Virus record (IMG/VR): IMGVR_UViG_3300017716_002541
Span: 1-41,984 of that record
Source of the DNA: a virus
Taxonomy: Duplodnaviria; Caudoviricetes
Length of the DNA: 41,984 nucleotides
Direction: 5' to 3' (one strand)
This document shows, piece by piece, positions 19,176 to 26,117 of the stretch. The notes beneath the pieces are model-generated. The model was given only the letters and a program-made list of their open reading frames with translations. It searched no databases and had not been told where the DNA came from. The number at the start of each line of letters is the position of its first letter. Within the stretch, counting starts at the first letter, position 1. The position numbers and the translations under genes were made by a program.

Positions 19176-19601
19176 ATGCCTTACGCTCTTGGGCCGAAGT
19201 CGCGCGAGCGGCTGGCCGGCGTCCACCCCGATCTGGTCAAGGTGATCGAGCGGGCCATCCAACTGACGCAGCAGGACTTCATGGTGCTGGAGGGCGTCCG
19301 CACCCCGGCCCGACAGAATCAACTCTACGCCCAAGGCCGGACCGCCCCCGGCCCCAAGGTGACGTGGACGCTGAACAGTAACCACTTCATCAATCCGAAG
19401 ACCGGCTACGGCCACGCGGTCGATCTGGTCCCGTTCCCGGTCGACTGGTCACACGCCAAGCTGGACGTGGTGTCCAAGGCCATGTTCGCCGCCGCGAAGG
19501 AGCTCGGCGTCGCCATCCGGTGGGGCGCCGATTGGGACCGCGACGGCAAGCCGCGCGAGAAGGGCGAGACCGACTCGCCGCATTTCGAGCTCGCGTCATG
19601 A
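19176..19601 (+). CDS. endolysin, M15 family L-Ala-D-Glu peptidase (T5-like)
   Basis: EGVRT..RQ..LY, SNH, GHAVD, WGADW, DSPHFEL. Confidence 0.92.
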   Translation: MPYALGPKSRERLAGVHPDLVKVIERAIQLTQQDFMVLEGVRTPARQNQLYAQGRTAPGPKVTWTLNSNHFINPKTGYGHAVDLVPFPVDWSHAKLDVVSKAMFAAAKELGVAIRWGADWDRDGKPREKGETDSPHFELAS

Positions 19602-19927
19602 TCCCCCGCGGAATCCGGGCCGCCTTCTACATCGGCGCGATGATCGTCCTGCTGATCTTCATCGTGCTGGCCCTGTCCTATTGCAGCGAGCGGGACCGGG
19701 CGAAGCAGGCGGGCAACGCCGCCACCATGGCCGAGGGACGCACCACCTCCGCCGTCGAGGCCATCAATGAAACCGGCGAGCTCGCAGAGCGCGGGCAGGC
19801 CACAGACGCCACCGTGGAGGACTCCCAAGATGCAATCCGCCAAGCCGATCCTGCTGATCGCGACGCTGTCGCTCGCGCTCGCCTCTGCCGCCTGCAGCAC
19901 CGTCCCGATTGCGACCGGGTGCAGTGA
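19598..19927 (+). CDS. inner-membrane spanin (Rz-like)
   Basis: N-terminal TM followed by a helical periplasmic region with C-terminal Cys; follows the endolysin. Confidence 0.7.
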   Translation: MIPRGIRAAFYIGAMIVLLIFIVLALSYCSERDRAKQAGNAATMAEGRTTSAVEAINETGELAERGQATDATVEDSQDAIRQADPADRDAVARARLCRLQHRPDCDRVQ

Positions 19928-20156
19928 GCTCGCCCGGCCGATCCTGACCACGGACACGCCCCACGCCGACCTCGGGAACACGGGCGACCCGGCGCTGGAC
20001 TGGCAGCTCTACGGCGTCGGAGAGACGGGCCAACTGAACAAGGCCAATGACCGAGCCCGGACCGGGTTCGACATCATCAACGCCTGCGAGGTCCGGGACA
20101 ATACGATCAGGGCGCACATCGAGCGGCCCTGGTATCAGCGATTGCTGCCCGGCTAG
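19830..20156 (+). CDS. outer-membrane spanin lipoprotein (Rz1-like)
   Basis: MQSAKPILLIATLSLALASAAC signal peptide/lipobox; overlaps the Rz-like gene in another frame. Confidence 0.7.
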   Translation: MQSAKPILLIATLSLALASAACSTVPIATGCSELARPILTTDTPHADLGNTGDPALDWQLYGVGETGQLNKANDRARTGFDIINACEVRDNTIRAHIERPWYQRLLPG

Positions 20157-20160
20157 TCCA

Positions 20161-21468
20161 TTACCTTCCATTACGGTCCACTAGCGGCCGTTCACCGCGC
20201 CCCATCCTAGGCGTTCGAGGCCCTCGGTTCCTTCGGGAGCCGGGGGCCTTTCTGCTGTCCGGCGTTTTGAATCGCGCCCGCAACCGATTGAAATGACTAG
20301 AGCCGGTTTTGCCCGGTTTTGAAGTGAAGGCGCTGAAACCCTTAGAATAGGTCCAGCTTCCCAAGCTTTTCGTGCGGGTTCGATTCCCGCCGCCCGCTCC
20401 AATACTTAGCCGGACAAGGCCTCGCGGTTTTGCTTCCGGTTTTTCAGGTGATGTTCCCTCTCCCTTCCGGTTCAGCTTGCGAATCATGCCCTGTGCGATG
20501 GCCTTCCGGCCGACGTAGCGACGGATGATCTGGTCGACGCGGGCCTCTTCCCATCCCAGCAGTTCGGCAATTTCGCGGTTCGACAGGCCCGCCATGTGCG
20601 CTCGGGTGGCGAACGTGCCCCGGAGGTCGTGGAAGTGCAGGTCCCGGCCTGGCAGGGCTTCGGCTCTGGCCTCCCGGAAGCCTGACCCGTTGGGCCCGTC
20701 CTTCCATGGCCGCCCGCGCTCGTTGGTCAGGACCGTCGTGCTGCGCCGTGGGATGGATGCCAGGATCGCGCGAAGGTCATCATAGAGCGGCACGAACGCC
20801 GACTTTCCGCCGCGGCTCTTGCTGGTGGGAATGACGATCTCAAACTCGCCGACGTGCGACCATGACAGCCGGCGCAGGTCTTCGGCCCGGAAGCCGGTAT
20901 GGGCGGCGAGGTTGATCCCGGCCCAGACCTCGGGTGATGCCTGTTTGCGGATGGCCTCGAGGTCGTCGTCGGTCCAGATCACGTCCGAGCGGTCTACGGT
21001 GTAGAGGCCCTTGATCCCTTCGCAGGGGTTGGCGCGGATGCGGTCGAGCTCAACGGCATGGGCCAGAACCCGCGACAGGACCTGAATGGCGTAGTCGGCG
21101 CTGCGAGGCCGGTCAGCCCATGTGTCGCGCCAGCGTTTGATGTGGGGCCTTATCTTGTCCGGGTGGTCAAACAGCCCGACCCGGTAGTCGCCGAAGCGAT
21201 CGACAACCCGGTCTAGCCAGCGGGCCCAGATCCTTCGCGTCGTCTCAGCGAGGCCCGTAAAGGCCGGCGAGGCACGGTAGAGCGCGACCAGGCCCCGGAC
21301 CTTGCCGTCGTCGGACACCTTCCGGCTGGCCAGCGCCTCGGCATAGGCGGCCATGAACTCGGGCGACCCAGGATTGCCCGGAAGCCGAGGCCCGCCGCGC
21401 CACGCATAGTGATAGGTCCGGCCCCTGGCCTTGACCGTGAAGAGGCCCTTAAGAGCCACCCTGACCAT
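20161..21468 (-). CDS. int: tyrosine integrase; the ORF reads through attP
   Basis: Catalytic R (TGFRAEDL), K (TSKS), HDLR, Y (IIRRY); ATG at 21468 overlaps the upstream small gene. Confidence 0.93.
   Translation of the reverse strand: MVRVALKGLFTVKARGRTYHYAWRGGPRLPGNPGSPEFMAAYAEALASRKVSDDGKVRGLVALYRASPAFTGLAETTRRIWARWLDRVVDRFGDYRVGLFDHPDKIRPHIKRWRDTWADRPRSADYAIQVLSRVLAHAVELDRIRANPCEGIKGLYTVDRSDVIWTDDDLEAIRKQASPEVWAGINLAAHTGFRAEDLRRLSWSHVGEFEIVIPTSKSRGGKSAFVPLYDDLRAILASIPRRSTTVLTNERGRPWKDGPNGSGFREARAEALPGRDLHFHDLRGTFATRAHMAGLSNREIAELLGWEEARVDQIIRRYVGRKAIAQGMIRKLNRKGEGTSPEKPEAKPRGLVRLSIGAGGGNRTRTKSLGSWTYSKGFSAFTSKPGKTGSSHFNRLRARFKTPDSRKAPGSRRNRGPRTPRMGRGERPLVDRNGR
20219..20252 (+). terminator. 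late operon intrinsic terminator
   Basis: GGCCCTCGGTTCC-TTCG-GGAGCCGGGGGCC followed by TTTC. Confidence 0.75.
20303..20443. repeat. putative integrase arm-type sites (CGGTTTT tandem repeats)
   Basis: CCGGTTTTGCCCGGTTTT at 20303-20320 and GCGGTTTTGCTTCCGGTTTT at 20424-20443 flank the att core. Confidence 0.6.
20355..20401 (+). other. attP core: 3' part of tRNA-Gly(CCC)
   Basis: AGC-TTCCCAA-GCT anticodon arm, GCGGG-TTCGATT-CCCGC T-arm, CGCCCGC-T-CCA acceptor end; no 5' half present. Confidence 0.88.
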
Positions 21469-21661
21469 GACGCGCCTCCAGCAGCGCCAGCTCCCTGTCC
21501 AGCGCGTCGTCATTCGCCGCTATCGGATCTCCGAAGTCCAGCGCGAAGCCGCCGGCACCGTCGGAGCGCAGGCTGCGGACCTTGAGCCCGTGCTCGGCTG
21601 CGAAGGCGTAGGCGGTCTGCAGGTCGCGCTTCCGGAGTCCTTGGCGCCTGGCACTACTCAT
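21449..21661 (-). CDS. putative excisionase / recombination directionality factor
   Basis: Small protein with a basic N-terminus, immediately upstream of and overlapping int. Confidence 0.5.
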   Translation of the reverse strand: MSSARRQGLRKRDLQTAYAFAAEHGLKVRSLRSDGAGGFALDFGDPIAANDDALDRELALLEARHGQGGS

Positions 21662-21691
21662 CTCCCACCTCATTGGTACTGACGGGTGCGG

Positions 21692-22042
21692 TCACCACAG
21701 GTCCTCCGAGAACAGTGTCCCCTTCACGGTCATCTTGTCGGCGCTCGTCTGCCCGGCAGCAATGGCCACGACGCAGGCCCGCTTCCTGTCGGCGTATGTG
21801 CCGTCCGAGAGGATGAAGCCGCTGTTCCGCGTCGTCTGCTCGTCAGCGATCATGCCCCGCTCTTTCAGGTGAAATTCGAGGCCGCAGAGGTTGTGGTGCC
21901 GGGCGGGCGGCGGCGCGCTGATGATTGTCCGCACCGAGCGCGTATCGCCTAGAGATGGGACAATCTCGTAGGCCGCAGCGATCACCCGCAGTCCGCCCGT
22001 CTGCCAGCCACCGAGGGCCTGTTCGCGGTATGGGGTGGTCAT
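21692..22042 (-). CDS. conserved phage hypothetical protein
   Basis: RHH...GFILSDGTYADR..A..A..AGQ...LFSEDLW; AAGGA RBS. Confidence 0.75.
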   Translation of the reverse strand: MTTPYREQALGGWQTGGLRVIAAAYEIVPSLGDTRSVRTIISAPPPARHHNLCGLEFHLKERGMIADEQTTRNSGFILSDGTYADRKRACVVAIAAGQTSADKMTVKGTLFSEDLW

Positions 22043-22200
22043 GCTGGGGTGTCCTTTTGGTTCACTTCGGCTGACGCCTTCGTCCCTACCGAGCTTGCAG
22101 CGGTAGCTTTCGCCTTGCGGTCTTCGCGGACCCGCCACTCCTTCGGGAAATAGCAGCCTGAAGGGTCACCGGGTTTTCCGTAGTCAATGCGCTTGCTCAT
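22039..22200 (-). CDS. small hypothetical protein (53 aa, not in ORF track)
   Basis: MSKRIDYGKPGDPSGCYFPKEWRVRED...; ATGA overlaps at both ends; 3' part encoded by an R-type repeat. Confidence 0.6.
   Translation of the reverse strand: MSKRIDYGKPGDPSGCYFPKEWRVREDRKAKATAASSVGTKASAEVNQKDTPA
22055..22100 (-). repeat. R-type hairpin end, copy A
   Basis: Minus strand CTGCAAGCTCGGTAGGG-AC-GAA-GGC-GTCA-GCC-GAA-GT-GAACCAAAA. Confidence 0.8.
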
Positions 22201-22463
22201 GCTCCGCGCCCTCCACCGCGGTCGTCAATCGCGCCGCTGAACTGCTCGGTTCTGGCGATGAGTTCCGCAGACGAGATCGGCTTCCCATCCTCCTTATTCC
22301 CCGGTGCGGGGATGACGGCGAGGGCTTGGACGACGTTGGCGACGCGGCGAGCCTCTGCTGCTGTCAGGTCTTTCGGGAGGCGCAGATCAGCCCGAACGTC
22401 AGCCCGCAACTGTATCGGCACGATGAAATAGTCGCCGTGATCGCCGTCGCGGAAATAGCTCAC
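22197..22463 (-). CDS. hypothetical protein
   Basis: GTG start overlapping the upstream stop; LPKDLTAAEARRVANVVQALA. Confidence 0.65.
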   Translation of the reverse strand: MSYFRDGDHGDYFIVPIQLRADVRADLRLPKDLTAAEARRVANVVQALAVIPAPGNKEDGKPISSAELIARTEQFSGAIDDRGGGRGA

Positions 22464-22948
22464 TGTTCTCCCTCCCCGTGTTTTGTGCATTCCGACGCTT
22501 GCAGCGTCTCCATACCTGGCGAGACTGAGGCTGCGGGCGGGGGTGGCATAACCGCGTGGAGAGCCATCATCGCGCCGGTCAGGCTGACAAGAGCGCCCTG
22601 CGGATCTTTCGGAAGGCGATTGAGGGCGTCATTCCCCATGTTCCAGACGCCTTGAAGCCAGTCTTTCGGGACGACAACAGCCCCCTCCGCTGCACGGTGT
22701 GTATCGGCGTCAGCCGATGAACCATCACCACTTACCGGAGAGGCGAGGGCGCGGAGAGCTTCTTGAAGGTCTGTCAGCCGCACCTCCAAGGTTGCGTGCT
22801 CCCGAGCGGATTGCAGGTATTCCGCCTCATCACCGCGCTGCGATTTCCACTTGTGCCGCGCCTCATGCTGACAGCCCGCATCACGCTTCCGCGCCGCAGC
22901 CTTAAGTCGTTCCACCCCAGCTACAGGAGGGCTTGCGGTCTCGCTCAC
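22460..22948 (-). CDS. hypothetical chimeric protein containing an L and an R repeat
   Basis: Coupled ORF; GSSADADTHRAAEGAVV is encoded by the L repeat. Confidence 0.65.
   Translation of the reverse strand: MSETASPPVAGVERLKAAARKRDAGCQHEARHKWKSQRGDEAEYLQSAREHATLEVRLTDLQEALRALASPVSGDGSSADADTHRAAEGAVVVPKDWLQGVWNMGNDALNRLPKDPQGALVSLTGAMMALHAVMPPPPAASVSPGMETLQASECTKHGEGEQ
22480..22726 (-). mobile_element. putative hairpin-ended cassette 1 (L end 22672-22724, R end 22480-22525)
   Basis: L: TGGTTCAT-CGGC-TGAC-GCCG-ATAC-N22-GTTGT; R: AT-GGA-GACGCT-GCA-AGCGTC-GGA-AT-GCACAAAA. Confidence 0.55.
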
Positions 22949-23385
22949 GTCTTCTCTCCATCGTCAGAGGGTTGGGTCGCTGTGGCTTTCAGAATGGCGA
23001 TGCACAGGGCCAGCTCGGGGGCTTTTGCGGTCGCTTCGGTCGGCTGAAATGCCGCGCGGTCGGTATCCAGCGCGAGGGCATAGGCCCGCCAGTATTTGTG
23101 GTGGACGTTCTGGCCGACGCTCCACGACCAACACGGATAAACCCGCGATGCCAGCGCGAGGGCGGCGTCGAGACTGGTGGTGACGGGCGGTATCGGGCAG
23201 CAGCATTCTTCCGCGCCGATCTCGTACAGAAGGTCGCCTTCCCACTCTTCGTCCGTGCGGATGTTCTCGCCGCCCTCGCTGTTCAAGCCGCCGTACTGAA
23301 GCGCGATGCAGATTTCCGCGTCGATGGACTGCGACCCTTCGGAGGCCCCCTCCAGCCGGGCCAGTAGCTCGCTATGGGCGGTCAT
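22945..23385 (-). CDS. phage ABA-sandwich/BC1872-like hypothetical protein
   Basis: IDAEI...PPVTTSLDAALAL...PELALCIAILKA. Confidence 0.65.
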   Translation of the reverse strand: MTAHSELLARLEGASEGSQSIDAEICIALQYGGLNSEGGENIRTDEEWEGDLLYEIGAEECCCPIPPVTTSLDAALALASRVYPCWSWSVGQNVHHKYWRAYALALDTDRAAFQPTEATAKAPELALCIAILKATATQPSDDGEKT

Positions 23386-23606
23386 TGTTCCGGCCTCCAC
23401 GCGACCGGGTAGAAGCACTTGCTGCGCTCCCAGTTTCCGTTGCCCTCGATGATCGTCTCTCCTTCGCTCCAGTGGCGCACGTTTGGTAGCATCGGGTGCG
23501 TCACGCGCGACTGAATGCGGGCCTCTCTGCCGTCCTTGTCGATGCCGACAATCCACGTTCCGTCCGTTGGCGCAGAGGCCATATCGCGCGTATGTGCTGC
23601 GGTCAT
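23382..23606 (-). CDS. hypothetical protein (DUF551-like)
   Basis: DMASAPTDGTWIV...PVAWRP. Confidence 0.6.
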   Translation of the reverse strand: MTAAHTRDMASAPTDGTWIVGIDKDGREARIQSRVTHPMLPNVRHWSEGETIIEGNGNWERSKCFYPVAWRPEQ

Positions 23607-24340
23607 TCCGATTGTCCTTGTTCCTGGTTGGCGGGGGATTGTTTCACTTCGCCGGGAAGGCCCGGCTGCGTACCCGGCGAGGGACCTTCAACGGCAGTTC
23701 TGGCCTTGAAGCTGACGACCCAAACCCACGGGTTCAGGTCAGCAGCGCCAGTGCCGTTGATCTTGTCCCAAAGGTCGAAATAGGCATCGCGCGGAAACTC
23801 AGTGTGCCACGGCAGATCATCAGCCCCCCGATACGAAGGCATCCAGTCAGCATCTTTGACTTGCAAGCCCTCGGCTTTGGCGTCGCTCTCGCTGCAATCC
23901 AGCAGGCGCTCAATCCGAACGTCGGTGATTTCCAGCGTCAGCCGTGACGCATCGCGGGGCATATGGATTGAGACGACCACGTCCCGCTCCTTCCATGCCA
24001 AGTCGCGCCGTGCAGGCCAGCCGACCTCCGCACCGTCAGCGGCATAGGTCCAGAGGTGCGAGTCGCGCCGCAAGGTCTCGCGAACCCAGAGCGTGTCGCC
24101 CCGAGTGCCGTAGGGGCACAGGCTGTTCGCCGGGTCCGCGACGAAGGCCGGAACAAACCCCGACTCGTCCAGCCAACGCAGCGGCTCGCCCTTCACAACC
24201 CGGCGTGTCTGTGTCTTCCGCCCATCCAGCAAGGCGCGAACCATCGGACCCGAGAACAGGATCGGGCGCGATCGGCTGTCAGCTACAACTGGCCCGTCCG
24301 TCGCAGGCTGGGTATTTTGCGCAGCAAAATGGACCATCAC
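23603..24340 (-). CDS. ASCH/PUA-like conserved phage protein
   Basis: PILFSGPMVRALLDGRKTQTRR, CPYG..GD.LWVRET, SIHMPR.ASRLTLEITDVRIERL, NPWVWVVSF. Confidence 0.8.
   Translation of the reverse strand: MMVHFAAQNTQPATDGPVVADSRSRPILFSGPMVRALLDGRKTQTRRVVKGEPLRWLDESGFVPAFVADPANSLCPYGTRGDTLWVRETLRRDSHLWTYAADGAEVGWPARRDLAWKERDVVVSIHMPRDASRLTLEITDVRIERLLDCSESDAKAEGLQVKDADWMPSYRGADDLPWHTEFPRDAYFDLWDKINGTGAADLNPWVWVVSFKARTAVEGPSPGTQPGLPGEVKQSPANQEQGQSE
23638..24338 (-). mobile_element. putative hairpin-ended cassette 2 (L end 24278-24336, R end 23638-23685) carrying the ASCH-like domain
   Basis: L: TGGTCCAT-TTTG-CTGCG-CAAA-ATAC-N22-GTTGTAGCTGAC; R: AC-GCA-GCCGGG-CCTT-CCCGGC-GAA-GT-GAAACAAT. Confidence 0.6.
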
Positions 24341-24717
24341 CCCTCTCCACCCGGAGTAGGGACACCCGGTTCCTGCTTACGAGAGAGGGCGGCACGGGCG
24401 CGGTCAGCCCATTCAGTCGCAAGGCCATAGCGCGCAAGGCCCTCGTCAGCCTTCTGGCGGCGCAGGTCGCGCATGACCCCGGCACAGCAGCGAAGGCGAC
24501 CCTCGGCCAGTTCCAAAGCCTCCCTCAGCCTCTCCACTTCCACAGAGGGATTTTGTTCACTACGGCTCTGCGAGCCTTCGTCCCCACCGCGCTTGCAGTT
24601 CTCGACATTCTGACAGGGGCAATAGTCGTCAGACCCGCGACAGCCGCAGCGCGCTCCCTGTTCGATTTGCCATTTCGAGCGGGTCTCGGGCACCGGAGGA
24701 GAGGGCTTACGTCTCAT
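24337..24717 (-). CDS. hypothetical chimeric protein (Cys-rich N-terminus from cassette 3)
   Basis: CGCRGSDDYCPCQN, then R-repeat-encoded peptide, then PSVEVERLREAL. Confidence 0.65.
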   Translation of the reverse strand: MRRKPSPPVPETRSKWQIEQGARCGCRGSDDYCPCQNVENCKRGGDEGSQSRSEQNPSVEVERLREALELAEGRLRCCAGVMRDLRRQKADEGLARYGLATEWADRARAALSRKQEPGVPTPGGEG

Positions 24718-25015
24718 TGGTCGCCCCTTCGATGTAGCGGGCGATGCGATCCTCTAGCGCCTCGTCGTAAGGCCCTGTCATCCCGAGCGCGTCGCACAAC
24801 TCTTGCACTTGGCTGTGGCCACTGGCCATCGTGACCGTGCACCAGCAATGCGGGCGTCCGTCGTCGTCGTATTCGCCGTCCGTCTCAAACTCCCACTTCT
24901 TCGCGTCGGCCACCATGTTCAGGAAGGCTTCACGGGCATCCGAAAGGGGGTCAGCTACAACAGCCCCATCGGCGTCTCGGTGGGTATCCTCGCCCTTGAG
25001 CGAGGATGAACCAAA
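24550..25015 (-). mobile_element. putative hairpin-ended cassette 3 with a 15-bp flanking duplication
   Basis: CACTTCCACAGAGGG at 24535-24549 and 25016-25030; imperfect terminal inverted repeats TTTTGTTCAC / ATGAACCAAA; L end 24950-25013, R end 24550-24598. Confidence 0.72.
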
Positions 25016-25315
25016 CACTTCCACAGAGGGGGGAGGGGCGGCGTAGATGGGCGTTTCGGTGATCTCAAACTCGTTGGCGTCTTCGTCCGACACGCCTTGG
25101 CGCTTGGTGGAAAGGCGGTGCCGGGGTCCGTCCTTCCATTTGTTTTCGGTGTAGAGCCAAGCAACCGGCTCTCCCTCCCCTTCATGGAGGGGGGCGGCGG
25201 AAAGCATGGCTTCCCAGATCGCGCGAGGGTGGAACGGCTCGTTGGTCGCGTAAGCCGAACGCAGCATCGCCTCGGTCGGCTCTCTCGGCACATTCACCGT
25301 ATTCTCTCTGGTCAT
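24707..25315 (-). CDS. hypothetical chimeric protein (Ea22-like motifs)
   Basis: VPREPTEAML..WEAMLSAAP, PVAW, TPIYAAPP; AAGGA RBS before ATG 25315. Confidence 0.7.
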   Translation of the reverse strand: MTRENTVNVPREPTEAMLRSAYATNEPFHPRAIWEAMLSAAPLHEGEGEPVAWLYTENKWKDGPRHRLSTKRQGVSDEDANEFEITETPIYAAPPPSVEVFGSSSLKGEDTHRDADGAVVADPLSDAREAFLNMVADAKKWEFETDGEYDDDGRPHCWCTVTMASGHSQVQELCDALGMTGPYDEALEDRIARYIEGATNET

Positions 25316-25338
25316 TTGGTGTCCTTTTTGGTTGGGGG

Positions 25339-25428
25339 TCACGCCGGGTCCTTCCAGACGATGGCCAGCCAGATCAGGGCGAGGATCGAGAGCGGCCAGT
25401 CGATCAGGCGGGGCCGGCGCGGGGTCAT
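25339..25428 (-). CDS. small membrane peptide (29 aa)
   Basis: MTPRRPRLIDWPLSILALIWLAIVWKDPA; ATGA overlap with the methyltransferase stop. Confidence 0.45.
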   Translation of the reverse strand: MTPRRPRLIDWPLSILALIWLAIVWKDPA

Positions 25429-26117
25429 GCGACGCGATCCTGGTGGGTAGCCGAGATGTGCGCGATCAACTGGCGACCGAGGTGTTCGGTGTAGGCGGGA
25501 GGGATGGCCTCGCTCATTTCGGCGAGCGTTGCCCAGTCCATGCCCAGCGCCTCTGACGCGGCGGCCTTGTGACCACCCTTCCAAACATCACGGGTTCCGC
25601 GGCCTCCAGCCTTGGCCGCCCGCTTCCGGGCGTGACCGCCGTACACACCGACAACAGGGCGCGCGTCATGGTCGCAGGGCCGCGGCGCCGAGATCGCGAC
25701 GTTGCTCTCGAACAGGCGGTGGCGCTGAAGCCTGCACCCTTGCGATTGGAGCCCGAACATCGATCCGCAGAGCGTGACCGGATGGCGCATCGCCCAGCCG
25801 GCCTCCTCGACGTTCTCGATGATCCACGGCAGGCCGGACGCCTGCAGCATCGCCCGCGTCTGGTCTATCAGGAGCGGCGCGCCCTTAGCCCCCGGCGCGT
25901 GGCGCATGGCCGAGTATCCCTGACACGGCGGGCTCGCGTGAATGGCATCGAACGACCGAATGAACCGCTGGTCGAGCGCGAGCACGTCCGTCTGGATGAA
26001 CGCGAACGGATACCGGGGCTGCGGCGCAATATCGACGCCGACCACCTCGAACCCGGCGCGGCGATAACCCATGGCAGCGCCGCCGGCACAGCAGAACAGG
26101 TCAAGCAATCGCGGCAT
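25425..26117 (-). CDS. C5 cytosine DNA methyltransferase (compact)
   Basis: Motif I LDLFCCAGG, IV ASPPCQ, VI IENV, VIII RHRLFE, X EAIPPAY. Confidence 0.88.
   Translation of the reverse strand: MPRLLDLFCCAGGAAMGYRRAGFEVVGVDIAPQPRYPFAFIQTDVLALDQRFIRSFDAIHASPPCQGYSAMRHAPGAKGAPLLIDQTRAMLQASGLPWIIENVEEAGWAMRHPVTLCGSMFGLQSQGCRLQRHRLFESNVAISAPRPCDHDARPVVGVYGGHARKRAAKAGGRGTRDVWKGGHKAAASEALGMDWATLAEMSEAIPPAYTEHLGRQLIAHISATHQDRVA

Noticed and set aside
20355-20401. Functional tRNA-Gly gene
   Set aside because: Only the anticodon arm to CCA is present, with no D-arm or 5' acceptor strand, so it is interpreted as the attP core
22402-22430. Possible degenerate fourth L end (minus strand TATTTCAT-CGTGCCG-ATAC-AGTTG) to pair with R copy A
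   Set aside because: It lacks TGG and the 22-nt spacer and could be chance coding sequence (YFIVPIQL), so it is not counted
23620-24355. Target-site duplications around cassette 2 (and cassette 1)
   Set aside because: Flanks compared at the positions equivalent to cassette 3 do not match; the weak similarity is explained by RBS sequences
22055-25030. CRISPR array or integron attC array
   Set aside because: Spacing is hundreds of bp and irregular, there are two alternating repeat types, there are no cas genes, the ends do not fit the RYYYAAC/GTTRRRY consensus, and the integrase is a phage tRNA-targeting type
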